64,000 bases of DNA from Nitrospinaceae bacterium (GCA_965223665.1 OZ245011.1:288001-352000); one strand, 5' to 3'. Shown: positions 1 to 10,066, numbered from the stretch's first letter. Program-made: numbers and translations. Notes: generated by a model from the sequence alone, not told the origin.

Positions 1-97
1 AATCGTTTTTTTCTTGAGGGGCGGTGCAGAAAATACATTCCTTAGATTGACCTGACACAATATATTGCATTCTCCAGGGTGCCCACAAGGTATCCAT
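1..97 (-). CDS. HIT-family nucleotide hydrolase, N-terminal part (runs off the window start)
   Basis: Manual translation gives MDTLWAPWRMQYIVSGQSKECIFC. The LWAPWR...CIFC start is typical of HIT/Ap4A phosphorylase-like proteins. An AAGGAG RBS lies upstream. Not in the ORF track. Confidence 0.8.
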   Translation of the reverse strand, partial: MDTLWAPWRMQYIVSGQSKECIFCTAPQEKND

Positions 98-130
98 TTA
101 ATTAATCTCCTTTTTCTATCCCGCAAACCA

Positions 131-598
131 TTAAAATTCAGCAGCTCCAGTTAAATCGCAATTTGGGTACACTTTTTTAAATAAACGTCTGGTTTCTTTT
201 TTCATAAACCTGGCTTCCTTAAGTGACCGTTCATGATCATAGCCTAGTAAATGCAAAAGGCCATGAATGGTTAGTAAAAGAATTTCTTTTGCTAAAGACA
301 AACCATGTCGTTTTCCTTGTTGATCTGCTGTTTCAACTGATATTACGATATCACCTAATAGTAATTGACCGTTCTCATTCATAGCATCCTTGTCTTGAGG
401 AAAGGAAAGAACATCGGTAGATTTATCTTGATTTCGATATTCCCGGTTCAATTCTCTGATTTTGGAATCGCGAGTTAATAATATGCTTAACTCAGAGTCA
501 TTTTGATCAAGAACTTTTAAAAGAATTTTTATTTGTGACTTTAGTTGTTTGGTATCAATTTTGTGTTTTCGCTGTGCATTCTTTAACAAGATTTCCAT
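131..598 (-). CDS. ybeY: rRNA maturation endoribonuclease YbeY
   Basis: LNREYRNQDKSTDVLSFP, LGDIVIS and HGLLHLLGYDH zinc motif; adjacent to phoH. Confidence 0.95.
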   Translation of the reverse strand: MEILLKNAQRKHKIDTKQLKSQIKILLKVLDQNDSELSILLTRDSKIRELNREYRNQDKSTDVLSFPQDKDAMNENGQLLLGDIVISVETADQQGKRHGLSLAKEILLLTIHGLLHLLGYDHERSLKEARFMKKETRRLFKKVYPNCDLTGAAEF

Positions 599-672
599 TC
601 TTGGACCAAAAATTAAATTTTTTTAAAAACCATAAAATATTAAGAATTCTAAACAATTTTGTTAACTATTGA

Positions 673-1659
673 CTAAGTTTTCGGGGTTGAATTGGAGTTA
701 GATTGTATTGATTTCTCGTATGCATTAACAATTTCTTTAACCAATTCGTGGCGAACCACATCCTTTTCATTAAATTGAATAATTCCGACACCTTCAATAT
801 GTTTTAAAATGTTTTTAGCATTTACCAAACCAGATGAAATATTTTGAGGTAAGTCTACTTGTGTGACATCCCCCGTTACCACCATTTTGGATCGAAATCC
901 TAAACGTGTTAAAAACATTTTCATTTGAGGGATAGTTGAGTTCTGGGCTTCATCGAGAATAATAAAGGAATCGTTTAAAGTTCTTCCTCTCATATAAGCC
1001 AAAGGCGCAATTTCAATATGGCCATCCTGGAGCATTTGTTGAACTTGATTGAATTCAACCATATCGTATAGCGCATCATATAGAGGCATAAGGTATGGGT
1101 TGATTTTCTCTGCGATATCACCTGGAAGATAACCTAACTTTTCCCCCGCCTCAACAGCCGGTCGCGTTAATATTATTCGTCTGTATTTATGTTTAAGAAG
1201 CCCCTCAACGGCTAATGCAACTGCAAGGTATGTCTTCCCAGTGCCAGCAGGACCAATTGCTAGCGAAACATCTTTTTCACGAATAGAATGGATCAAGTTC
1301 CGTTGATTTTTTCCCTTAGGAGTTATATATCCTTTTTTAGGAGAAACCGTGATCCTTTCATTGAATAAAGAAAGCAAGTTGACATTTGAGTCTTCAGCTA
1401 TTAAACGAATCGCAAACTTTATGTCTCCATCCGCTAGACGGTGGCCTTCTAACATCATTTGATGAAGTTGCTTTAGAAGGTTTTCAACCGTTTCAATTTT
1501 TTCTGGATCTCCAATGATTTTAATTTGGTTCCCGCGTGTGGTAATACGGACATCAAATTTTTTTTCAATTTGTTTTAAGTTAATATCTTCTGTGCCAAAG
1601 ATATCTGGAATATATTGGTTGGATTCTAAAAGTAGTTCTTTGGTGGAGGTTTGATTCAA
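673..1659 (-). CDS. phoH: PhoH-family ATPase (YbeZ-like, N-terminal KH-like region)
   Basis: Walker A GPAGTGKT, RPAVEAGEKLGYLPG, PLAYMRGRTL, DEAQN. Confidence 0.95.
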   Translation of the reverse strand: MNQTSTKELLLESNQYIPDIFGTEDINLKQIEKKFDVRITTRGNQIKIIGDPEKIETVENLLKQLHQMMLEGHRLADGDIKFAIRLIAEDSNVNLLSLFNERITVSPKKGYITPKGKNQRNLIHSIREKDVSLAIGPAGTGKTYLAVALAVEGLLKHKYRRIILTRPAVEAGEKLGYLPGDIAEKINPYLMPLYDALYDMVEFNQVQQMLQDGHIEIAPLAYMRGRTLNDSFIILDEAQNSTIPQMKMFLTRLGFRSKMVVTGDVTQVDLPQNISSGLVNAKNILKHIEGVGIIQFNEKDVVRHELVKEIVNAYEKSIQSNSNSTPKT

Positions 1660-1690
1660 GTATCTAGATTCCCTTATAGCATTTTGAACA

Positions 1691-1720
1691 ATTATAGCTT
1701 GCAGAGAAAAACAAAGTCAA
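1691..1720 (-). promoter_or_regulatory. Putative sigma70 promoter of phoH-ybeY-HIT
   Basis: Minus strand TTGACT-N18-TATAAT. Confidence 0.5.
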
Positions 1721-1771
1721 ACCAGTGTGGAAATGTAACTATTTATAAAATAAATGGTTAGCAAGTTTATT

Positions 1772-2329
1772 TTAGCCACCTCGAAAATTAGAACGAATCA
1801 AGCTTAAAAATTCACTTCGTGTGCTCGGATTAGTTTTAAATGTCCCAAGCATAGAACTAGTAATGGTGTATGAGTTTTGTTTTTCTACTCCACGCATGCA
1901 CATGCATAAATGCAACGCCTCTATAACAACCGCCACACCTTTTGGTTTTAAAATTTTATTTATGCATTCTGCAATCTGTAAAGTTAAACGTTCTTGAACC
2001 TGCAAACGACGACTAAAGACATCAACAATTCGAGGGATTTTACTTAAACCAACGATTTTTTCATCCGGAAGGTATGCAACCTGACATTTTCCATAAAAGG
2101 GTAACAGGTGGTGTTCGCACAGGCTAAAAAGGTCTATGTCTTTTACAATAACCATTTCATCTGTTGGTACAGTAAATAGAGCATCATTTATCAATTCATC
2201 TATATTTACCTCGTATCCCCCAGTTAAAAACTTTAAAGATTTGGCTACACGCTCGGGAGTTTTCTTTAGGCCTTCTCTCGATGGGTCTTCACCTAATTCG
2301 ATAAGCAATTTTTCAATGAGTTTTTTCAC
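1772..2329 (-). CDS. folE: GTP cyclohydrolase I
   Basis: [46 protein letters not shown]. Confidence 0.97.
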   Translation of the reverse strand: MKKLIEKLLIELGEDPSREGLKKTPERVAKSLKFLTGGYEVNIDELINDALFTVPTDEMVIVKDIDLFSLCEHHLLPFYGKCQVAYLPDEKIVGLSKIPRIVDVFSRRLQVQERLTLQIAECINKILKPKGVAVVIEALHLCMCMRGVEKQNSYTITSSMLGTFKTNPSTRSEFLSLIRSNFRGG

Positions 2330-2738
2330 TTACTTTCCCTTGATAGACAACGATATTGCGAGGAGATTCATAAAGTTTGATTTCATGGAGGGCGCCTTCT
2401 TCTAGTTTTGCCTCAATAATTTCCCAAAATTTAATTGCTAAGTTTTCAGCCGTAGGTATTATCCCATTTAAAAAAGAAACATCGACGTTTAGATTTTTGT
2501 GATCCACTTTTAGAATGATTTCATTCTCTACAATTTTTTTCAGTTTCTTTAAATCCAAAACCATTCCAGTCTCAGGGGCAACTTCACCTTTAACCGTGAC
2601 TTCAAGAACATAATTGTGGCCATGGCCATTCGGGTTGTTGCATAAGCCAAAAACCTCAGCATTTTTCTCATCCGAAAAACTGGGATTGTAAAGCCGATGA
2701 CTTGCGCAGAATTCTAATTTTCTAGTAATAAAAATCAT
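2313..2738 (-). CDS. 6-pyruvoyl-tetrahydropterin synthase family protein (PTPS-II-type motif)
   Basis: [34 protein letters not shown]; overlaps the folE start. Confidence 0.9.
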   Translation of the reverse strand: MIFITRKLEFCASHRLYNPSFSDEKNAEVFGLCNNPNGHGHNYVLEVTVKGEVAPETGMVLDLKKLKKIVENEIILKVDHKNLNVDVSFLNGIIPTAENLAIKFWEIIEAKLEEGALHEIKLYESPRNIVVYQGKVSEKTH

Positions 2739-2839
2739 TGTAACCAGGCAAAAAAAGAAAAGTTCTAATGTATCAAATCTTTAGGAGGAAACAAAAAAAT
2801 AATGTCGATTAAAAAAATCGAAACGAATTTACCAATAAT

Positions 2840-3031
2840 CTATTTCAAATATTTTCTTTTATTATCAGTAGAATAAAACCCTGAACCATAGAGGTGAAAT
2901 GTGGAATTTGAAACCACCTTAGACAAATTCCCCCCGCATTTTTCACAAGTATCAAGAGGAGCATCACTGGGTTTTTGCAGAACCTCTGTATGCTGCTTGC
3001 ATTTTTCACATTTATATTCATAGATGGGCAT
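2840..3031 (-). CDS. FmdB-family zinc-ribbon protein
   Basis: MPIYEYKCEKC...CEKCGG...GSGFYSTD. Confidence 0.9.
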   Translation of the reverse strand: MPIYEYKCEKCKQHTEVLQKPSDAPLDTCEKCGGNLSKVVSNSTFHLYGSGFYSTDNKRKYLK

Positions 3032-3051
3032 GGATCCTCCTATGTCTAAAC

Positions 3052-3564
3052 TTAGTGTAAAACCTTGTTTTCGTTTGTTTCATTGTAAGGTAGATAATGA
3101 ATTTTTTGCGAACCTGTTTCTTTTCTAAAAACATCTAGTGTTTTGGGAATATTTTTTTTGACTTCATCCAACAAAAAAACTTTATTGGGAAGGGTTAAGC
3201 CATGTTTAGGGTCAAAAATTCCTACCATTAGTTGCGCGCCGTCCGATAAAATTTGCAGGACAATAAATCGCTTTATATCAAATTTTTGTTGTACTTCAAA
3301 AGGCATCATTAAGGTCATATTTTCCTTTTTAGTCCCATATCGCATTACAGCTTTGCCAGAGGCGACTTCCTGAAATCCAATGGAAGAAATCCAATCTGTT
3401 ATTTCTTTCTTATTACGGCTTTTTGGAAAAACAACAAGGCCAAACTTTTCAAAGTTTTGATACAATTGATACTGGTAAGTATTTGCAGACAGGTCAAAAG
3501 GTTTTGAAAGAATTAAACCCGTCGAAAAGAGAACCCCTAAAAATAATTTTTTTAAAATTCGCAT
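3052..3564 (-). CDS. Hypothetical exported protein
   Basis: 170-aa ORF with a basic/hydrophobic signal-peptide-like N-terminus; fills the gap between same-strand genes. Confidence 0.6.
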   Translation of the reverse strand: MRILKKLFLGVLFSTGLILSKPFDLSANTYQYQLYQNFEKFGLVVFPKSRNKKEITDWISSIGFQEVASGKAVMRYGTKKENMTLMMPFEVQQKFDIKRFIVLQILSDGAQLMVGIFDPKHGLTLPNKVFLLDEVKKNIPKTLDVFRKETGSQKIHYLPYNETNENKVLH

Positions 3565-3603
3565 AGTTTATTTTTACCCACTTCATTTTATAAAAAAATC
3601 ATC

Positions 3604-4023
3604 TTAGTTTTCCAGTATTTCTGTCTTGCTAAAAAAGTAAGAGATTTCAAAAGCGGCATTTTCAAGGGAATCTGAACCATGTACTGAGTTTTTTTCGATA
3701 TCGATCGCAAAGTCTTTCCGAATAGTTCCCTCGTCAGCTTCTTTTGGGTTGGTGGCTCCCATTAGTTGTCGCCAATGGAACATTGCATTTTCTCTCTTTA
3801 AAACCAGGAGAACAACCGGACCACTACTCATAAATGTAGTTAAATCTCCAAAAAAGGGGCGATCCTTATGAACCTGATAGAATCCTTCAGATTCTTTTTT
3901 TGACAAATGATATCGTTTAATAGCAACAATTTGAAATCCGTCTGATTCTATTCTTTCCAAAATTTTTCCAATTAGATTTCTTTCGACTGCATCAGGTTTG
4001 ATGATTGCGAGGGTTTTTTCCAT
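3604..4023 (-). CDS. ndk: Nucleoside diphosphate kinase
   Basis: [21 protein letters not shown] phospho-His motif. Confidence 0.97.
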   Translation of the reverse strand: MEKTLAIIKPDAVERNLIGKILERIESDGFQIVAIKRYHLSKKESEGFYQVHKDRPFFGDLTTFMSSGPVVLLVLKRENAMFHWRQLMGATNPKEADEGTIRKDFAIDIEKNSVHGSDSLENAAFEISYFFSKTEILEN

Positions 4024-4059
4024 GTTTTAAATTTTGCTTTCTCTAGTTGTTAATAAAGT

Positions 4060-4093
4060 AAAAAAAAAGGTATTTGGGAGAATCCCAAATACC
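4060..4093 (-). terminator. Intrinsic terminator after the oxidoreductase operon
   Basis: 11-bp perfect stem GGTATTTGGGA/TCCCAAATACC with 3-nt loop, followed by a U-run on the minus strand. Confidence 0.8.
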
Positions 4094-4115
4094 CTTTTGA
4101 ATTTAATCTTTAAAT

Positions 4116-4379
4116 TTACCGCTGAACCACTCCGATGCGCTTAATGACAAAACGATCTTCCAAATTGTTAATCCATTTCATTTGAATCGCATCGTTTTTA
4201 GCTACATCGCGGCAAATATAGACACAGATTTCGCAGGACTTACATCGGTCTACAGAAACATAAGCCGATTTATCCTTCTCACTGTAATTAATGCAATTTG
4301 CCTCAGGACAATAAGTTGTACAGAGATGGCAATTAGTTTCAGCGCAAATTTTTCTATCTACATCTGCAATGTAATACAT
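4116..4379 (-). CDS. 2-oxoacid:ferredoxin oxidoreductase small Fe-S subunit (epsilon-like)
   Basis: CAETNCHLCTTYCP and CKSCEICVYIC Fe-S motifs; last gene of the operon. Confidence 0.85.
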   Translation of the reverse strand: MYYIADVDRKICAETNCHLCTTYCPEANCINYSEKDKSAYVSVDRCKSCEICVYICRDVAKNDAIQMKWINNLEDRFVIKRIGVVQR

Positions 4380-4400
4380 GATTTCTCCAATTTTACAAAT

Positions 4401-5108
4401 TTAAACAGCTACAGTGTCTTTCTTTTCGGCCTGAGCGCCCCATTTATTATCTACTGCAAATTGGTACGCGGCTTTAATAGTATTCATATTTGCTTCCAAA
4501 AGTTTAGCTTTCTTGGCAAACTTTTTATCAATAACACTATCTAATGCTGCGGTCCCACCGGAAACAACAATTCCTTTACCAATGAAACGGTCTTTTACAG
4601 ATTCTTCAATGGCATCCATGGCTGGCATTCCAAAAATAGCTGAAATCGCTCCCACCATTGCCATGTTAGTCGCCAATTCTGTACCTGCAACATCATTAGC
4701 CAATTCAGTAGCAGGAAGATAATAAATATTTGCTTCCTTCTCTTCTAATTCGCGAGCTTCGTCAGGGACGAAATTAAGTGGAGTCTTGTTATTGATCAAA
4801 ATATGTCCTTTTTGCTTTAAACCCGTGTAAAAAGGCATGGTATAGGATTTCCCCAAAGTAATAACCTGGGCACTGAAAATCATGAGAACATTAGGGTATA
4901 CAATTTCCCCAATTTCATAAATTTCGCCGTTGGAAATCCTTACATAACTTTCTACAGGAGCATTTCTTTTTTCAGAACCGAAAAAAGGAACAAGAGAACT
5001 ATGACCTTTAGCAATAACAACCGCATTACTTAAAATGTGCGAGGCGGTTACAACCCCCTGACCGCCAATTCCGGCCATACGAACATTATACCGTTTAACT
5101 TCTGCCAT
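4401..5108 (-). CDS. 2-oxoacid:ferredoxin oxidoreductase gamma subunit
   Basis: RMAGIGGQGVVTA, PFFGSEKRNAPV, NMAMVGA. Confidence 0.92.
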   Translation of the reverse strand: MAEVKRYNVRMAGIGGQGVVTASHILSNAVVIAKGHSSLVPFFGSEKRNAPVESYVRISNGEIYEIGEIVYPNVLMIFSAQVITLGKSYTMPFYTGLKQKGHILINNKTPLNFVPDEARELEEKEANIYYLPATELANDVAGTELATNMAMVGAISAIFGMPAMDAIEESVKDRFIGKGIVVSGGTAALDSVIDKKFAKKAKLLEANMNTIKAAYQFAVDNKWGAQAEKKDTVAV

Positions 5109-5128
5109 GGATTTGATTCCTCCTTTAA

Positions 5129-6010
5129 TTACTTCTGACGGGCCTCTTTGGCCTTTTCTTTTGCTTTCTTTTCTAAATCAGTAATGTACTCTTTTGCATC
5201 ATCGGACATAATTTCTAAGAATCCATAACGCTCTTTTTCAACTTCAAATGCATCTTTCATTACATCTGGAGTAGGAATAGCATATTCAATATTACATGAA
5301 GTATAGGCTTGGATATAAGTGGGGCCAATTTCTCTTGCGATCATAATAGCCCGCCTTACTGTTCTAACAACACGCGCCGGATTAGTAGGTGCAATTCGAG
5401 CAATGTAGGCACAACCCGCTACTTTTGCTAAACCAATTGCATCAATTTTATCCTGGATTTTTCCACGTGGAGCCATTTTCAGAACTCGCCCCTTCATAGT
5501 CATACCACTTTCCTGACCACCTGTGTTCCCATATACTTCATTGTCCAGCATAATAGTGGTGAATTTTTCACCACGGAACCAAGAGTGCATTAAACCCTGA
5601 AAACCGATATCAATGAGCCCACCGTCTCCCGCCATTACAATAACGTCTTTAAACTGATTGGGGAAGCGTGCATCCAAACCTCTTTTAAGTCCGGAAGCAA
5701 CAGAGTTGGTATCCCCATAATTTCCATAAATAAAAGGGATATTGGCTTGAGTAATAGCTAATCGCCCACAACCTGCGGTACCAACGTTAATGGTATGCTC
5801 AGGGTTAGGAAGAGCTAGCATAGTCAAACGAATAAAAAGAGTCATGGCGCAGCCAGCGCACATGGGATGTTCTTCTATTAATTCCTTGAACTTACCCATA
5901 TCAGTGACTTTCATTTCTTTTCCATATTGCCCAGACTCAAGTAAATCTCTGTATTCTACCGGTAAGATTTTTTCAAAACCTGGAGAAGGTTTGATAGTTT
6001 CTAGAGACAT
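5129..6010 (-). CDS. 2-oxoacid:ferredoxin oxidoreductase beta subunit (TPP binding)
   Basis: HPMCAGC, GDGG...DNEVYGNTGGQ TPP motif, YTSC. Confidence 0.93.
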   Translation of the reverse strand: MSLETIKPSPGFEKILPVEYRDLLESGQYGKEMKVTDMGKFKELIEEHPMCAGCAMTLFIRLTMLALPNPEHTINVGTAGCGRLAITQANIPFIYGNYGDTNSVASGLKRGLDARFPNQFKDVIVMAGDGGLIDIGFQGLMHSWFRGEKFTTIMLDNEVYGNTGGQESGMTMKGRVLKMAPRGKIQDKIDAIGLAKVAGCAYIARIAPTNPARVVRTVRRAIMIAREIGPTYIQAYTSCNIEYAIPTPDVMKDAFEVEKERYGFLEIMSDDAKEYITDLEKKAKEKAKEARQK

Positions 6011-6188
6011 GATTTTGACCTTTCTATATTATAAATTTCGATTATCTAAAGTTGAAAAATTGACTAATAAATAGACAATTAGTAATTGTCAATTCATTAT
6101 AAATGGAATTGACTGAATTAAAAAGCGAACATTATAACAAAAACCAATCATTAAGCAATAAACTGACTGGGCTTTGTTTGATAGTCTT

Positions 6189-7382
6189 TTATTTTCTTAA
6201 TTTTGCCAACCATTCCAAAATCATTTCAGTTGGCATACTCATTCCACCATAAACCCTTGGGCCTGCCATAATTTCAGCATCTACATTACCATAAAGCGAG
6301 GCACATAATTCCTTGTGCAACCAGCCTGCTTGATTAAACTCAGGGACAAGTATTTGCTTAGCATTCTTCAGAGCATTGATTATTTCTACACCGGGCCAAG
6401 GACGAATGGTTTTTATTTTTATTAAGCCCACCTGACGGCCTTGTTCTTCTTCTTGTCTAACAGCTTCCCGGGCTTGTGAAACTGCAGAACCGGAGGCAAC
6501 AATAAAAACCTCTGCCTCTGGGTTGACGACTTCAATAAGATCACCAATATATCGTCTCCAATGTTTGGCAGAACGATTAACAGCAGCAAATACTTCTTGT
6601 TGCCATGACGCATGCATATGGTAACTAATAAAGTTACTTTTCTGAATTGGCGAATCCCGAGCAATACGGGCTGGCGGGTTTTCATTATCCATTGCGGGAA
6701 CCGCTGAGCGCCAACCATCACGCGGCGGTATTTTATATTCTTCTGATTGCATCATGACATTTCCACGGGCATGAGTCACAAAAAAACCATCCACAGATAC
6801 GATGGCAGGTAAAGTAACATCAACTTCTTCGGAAACTAAAAATGCCGCCAGAGAAAAATCATAGAAGTCTTGTTGGTTTTCGGCATGGGCGTGCAAAACC
6901 CCGGTATCCAATAAAAATGAAATTTCAATATTATCAGGTTGAATTGCCAATGGAGTATTAATTACTCGGCACATGTTAAGCATAACTAACGGAAGACGGG
7001 CGCCTGGCCATGAGGAGATAGCTTCCATTCCACGCATAAGACCAGGACCAGAAGTTGCAGTTAGTGATCGTACGCCTGCTCGGGAGGATCCGCCAATAGC
7101 GGACATAACCCCGATTTCTTCTTCACCTCGGTAATATTCTTTTAAATAGCCTTCGTCAAAAAGGTATCCCACTTGTTGCATGGTTTCACTTTGAGGAGTG
7201 ATGGGATAAGAAATTGCAATGTCTACATTGGCTCTTCGAATAGCTTCTCGAGCCGCTTCACTACCGGTGATAAATTGAAATTCGCGAGGGGCCTCATGGA
7301 AAAACCAATCTGGGTCCACGACTTTCTGTAAATCTCCCTTGGGTACCCATTCCTCTTTTTTTGCAGCCTGTTGATCTGACAT
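6189..7382 (-). CDS. 2-oxoacid:ferredoxin oxidoreductase alpha subunit
   Basis: YPITPQSE motif, TATSGPG, transketolase-C-like C-terminus. Confidence 0.93.
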   Translation of the reverse strand: MSDQQAAKKEEWVPKGDLQKVVDPDWFFHEAPREFQFITGSEAAREAIRRANVDIAISYPITPQSETMQQVGYLFDEGYLKEYYRGEEEIGVMSAIGGSSRAGVRSLTATSGPGLMRGMEAISSWPGARLPLVMLNMCRVINTPLAIQPDNIEISFLLDTGVLHAHAENQQDFYDFSLAAFLVSEEVDVTLPAIVSVDGFFVTHARGNVMMQSEEYKIPPRDGWRSAVPAMDNENPPARIARDSPIQKSNFISYHMHASWQQEVFAAVNRSAKHWRRYIGDLIEVVNPEAEVFIVASGSAVSQAREAVRQEEEQGRQVGLIKIKTIRPWPGVEIINALKNAKQILVPEFNQAGWLHKELCASLYGNVDAEIMAGPRVYGGMSMPTEMILEWLAKLRK

Positions 7383-7728
7383 ATCTTTCCTCGTTAAAAA
7401 GATGTAGTAATTAAATTATTTATTAAAAAATTTCTTTATAGGAAACAAATAGTTAAAGAGTTATAACCGCTTTATACGAAGTGGTGGTACAACTTACCAC
7501 GTTTGCGGGCTTTATACAATTTTTATGAGCTTCTTCCAGTAAAAAAAATCTATTATTTTTCTAGTTTTTATCAAGGAAAAGATAAATCAATAAACTCAAA
7601 GCAAATATACCTTTAACTTATTGTAATTCATTGGCTTATTTGACTAACAGATTAAATCTTTAAATCAAAATAAAATAAAGCGCTTAATATACATTTTGGG
7701 TTCGGACCAGAGATAGCACTTTTAGAGA

Positions 7729-8046
7729 TCAATCCTTGATCATATTTTCTAAGGTGTCTAATTCCTTAAAGTAAGAAAACGCTTTTTTAAGAAATTCGTT
7801 TAAGTTTTTATCATTTTTAAATGATAATGTCTTATCAGCCAAGTCCGTTGTATGGCAGACCTCATATTGAAGTGTTTCTTTATTTTTGTATTTAATTACA
7901 TCTACCACCCAGTGTAGAGCGGTGACATCTTCTTTTGCTGGACTTAATGCGGCAATCCCATAATTTTGAACTCTATATAAAAGTTGAACACCCCCTTGGC
8001 CATTGGGTTCAGCCCGGGTCAATACTAAGTTGTCTTGGGTTATCAT
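7729..8046 (-). CDS. Hypothetical protein
   Basis: 105-aa ORF with a GAGGAG RBS upstream. Confidence 0.7.
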   Translation of the reverse strand: MITQDNLVLTRAEPNGQGGVQLLYRVQNYGIAALSPAKEDVTALHWVVDVIKYKNKETLQYEVCHTTDLADKTLSFKNDKNLNEFLKKAFSYFKELDTLENMIKD

Positions 8047-8228
8047 AAAAGGCTCCTCAGTTGCAATCTTCCAAAATTCTTAGAGTTGTGAACACTGATA
8101 CTCAAAAATTACTATGCTACTATATTGCATTTAAATTGGTAAAAGCTAACAAAATAAACTATCTATATTCAAAATCTTTTCTTAATCAACACGCATCTAT
8201 AGGAATAATAAAGGAGAAAAAACTGACT

Positions 8229-8516
8229 ATGAAACCCATTGAATTAAACAATCCTGTTGAAATAGAAGAATTTTTGAGCAAAATCAGTTTCACAGGAAAA
8301 GGGTTTACTTCGGATTCTTTAATCGTAGATGTCTGGGATGCAGGCCTGGACTATCCAGATTTTCTCAAGGCTGAAGGGGAGGACCCAGGGGCTCGTTATG
8401 AGGGGAAATCTCCTGCTTGGGCGAAATATCATGTCAGACAAGGTAAAAGAGTATTTATGGTTTATGGGGGTGAAAATCAGGGAGAGCGTCGAACTCATTT
8501 TTCTGAAACACCCTAG
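8229..8516 (+). CDS. Hypothetical protein (start moved to ATG 8229)
   Basis: AAGGAG RBS precedes MKPIELNN; the upstream extension looks like AT-rich intergenic DNA. Confidence 0.7.
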   Translation: MKPIELNNPVEIEEFLSKISFTGKGFTSDSLIVDVWDAGLDYPDFLKAEGEDPGARYEGKSPAWAKYHVRQGKRVFMVYGGENQGERRTHFSETP

Positions 8517-8599
8517 ATTAACTGTTTAAAACCACCCCTCCGAAACTATTAATAATAGGGAATCTATATAAAAACTATAGTTTCTTTTTGGAGTCATTT

Positions 8600-9043
8600 A
8601 TGAGATTTGATAAGGAAACACAAACGCGTATTCTGCGGGTAGCTGGAGACCGATCAGAGGGTCTGGATATTCCAGAAGTGGATGAACGAATTGCAGAAAT
8701 AATGGATTTACATCCTGAATTTGATTCTGCCTGGGAGATGGGAGAGTTAGCCATTTATCCTCAAGAAATAGAAGGGAAAATAGTAAACCCTTTTGTGCAT
8801 ACTGTTTTTCATGTGATGATTGATAAGCAAATAACTGATGAGTCTCCGGATTTTGTCGCGGAAACCTACCAACGACTTTTGGATGAGGGGGTGGAATCTC
8901 ACGATGCGTTACACGCCATAATTGGAGTTTATGCAGAAATTTACTTTTCCATGATGCGCCAGGGAGAAACATTCAGTAATTTGGATTATAAAGAACAATT
9001 AAGCAGGTTGGATAAAGAAAACTCAGCGGGTAAAGAAATTTAG
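8600..9043 (+). CDS. DUF1841-family protein
   Basis: DLHPEF, NPFVHTVFHVMIDKQI and SHDALH match the DUF1841 His pattern; GGAG precedes ATG 8600. Confidence 0.75.
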   Translation: MRFDKETQTRILRVAGDRSEGLDIPEVDERIAEIMDLHPEFDSAWEMGELAIYPQEIEGKIVNPFVHTVFHVMIDKQITDESPDFVAETYQRLLDEGVESHDALHAIIGVYAEIYFSMMRQGETFSNLDYKEQLSRLDKENSAGKEI

Positions 9044-9094
9044 TTTCGAATAAGTGCTTAGATTTTTGAGAGAAGATCTTGGGAGAGTTGGATA

Positions 9095-9541
9095 ATGAGG
9101 AATGCAATTATTTTTAATGTGCTGATGCATTGTGTTGTTTTAGTATATGCAAGCGAAGCCATGGCTAATACTGCAGGAATTCAACTTCAAGAGCTGTCTG
9201 ATAAAATAAAAGTATGCGAAAAACTAGTTCAAGAATTTAAACATCCTTTTACCGGCCAAACCATGAAGCGATCTGTAAATGGGTTTAAGGGAGATAAATG
9301 TAATTATTTAGAAGAAATGCCGGGAAATATGAAAATGGAATGCAATTATCCAAAAGAGAAGTTGAAAGAAATTTCGGAATATTATAGAAATCCCGGTGCA
9401 TTTGGAAGTAGGGTAAAATCTAAAACAAAAATTAAGGATGGCAAACCAGAAACAGAAACCAAACATTTTAAAGGAAATCAAGAAGTCAAAAATCCCCTGC
9501 AAGAAAGCCTTCAAAATGGGGAATGTGTGGTTAAAAAATAA
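9095..9541 (+). CDS. Hypothetical exported protein
   Basis: Signal peptide ending AMA; four Cys in the mature region. Confidence 0.65.
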   Translation: MRNAIIFNVLMHCVVLVYASEAMANTAGIQLQELSDKIKVCEKLVQEFKHPFTGQTMKRSVNGFKGDKCNYLEEMPGNMKMECNYPKEKLKEISEYYRNPGAFGSRVKSKTKIKDGKPETETKHFKGNQEVKNPLQESLQNGECVVKK

Positions 9542-9622
9542 TTCTTTATTTCTTCCTTCAATATATTCGGCTCAAGTAAAATTTAAAAATTTTTATAACC
9601 TTTATACCCCTTCTTTAAAAAA

Positions 9623-9976
9623 ATGAGCCAAATGAAATTAGTAACTTTGTATAGGCCTTGTGGGTCAAAAGAGCTTAACCTTGTTTCCGAAAACGAGTAT
9701 ACGCGCTGGCCTTTCAGGTTACCTGACCAACCCATTTTTTACCCGGTTACAAATGAAAAATATGCCAAGGAAATTAATAAGTGGAATGTAGAGCAATCTG
9801 GAATAGGGTATGTAACTAGATTTTTTGTTAAAAGCGAATTTATGGAAAAATATCCCGTTCAACAGGTAGGAGCGAGCTATCATACTGAGTGGTGGATTCC
9901 ATGTGAAGATTTAGAGGAATTAAATAAAAATATTGTTGGAAAAATTGAAGTTATTTACGAAGAAACTAAGGAATAA
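9623..9976 (+). CDS. Conserved hypothetical protein
   Basis: TLYRPxGxKEL...WPxRLPDQPIFYPVTNE...EWWIP resembles a widespread family often loosely annotated as ADP-ribosylation related. Confidence 0.7.
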   Translation: MSQMKLVTLYRPCGSKELNLVSENEYTRWPFRLPDQPIFYPVTNEKYAKEINKWNVEQSGIGYVTRFFVKSEFMEKYPVQQVGASYHTEWWIPCEDLEELNKNIVGKIEVIYEETKE

Positions 9977-10066
9977 TTATAAGGCCGTCAATTAGTTCGA
10001 AATTAAAAGATTTGGTTGCGTTGATGTGTATATGTATTTTAATTTTTAAAGAATTTCAAAATAAAT

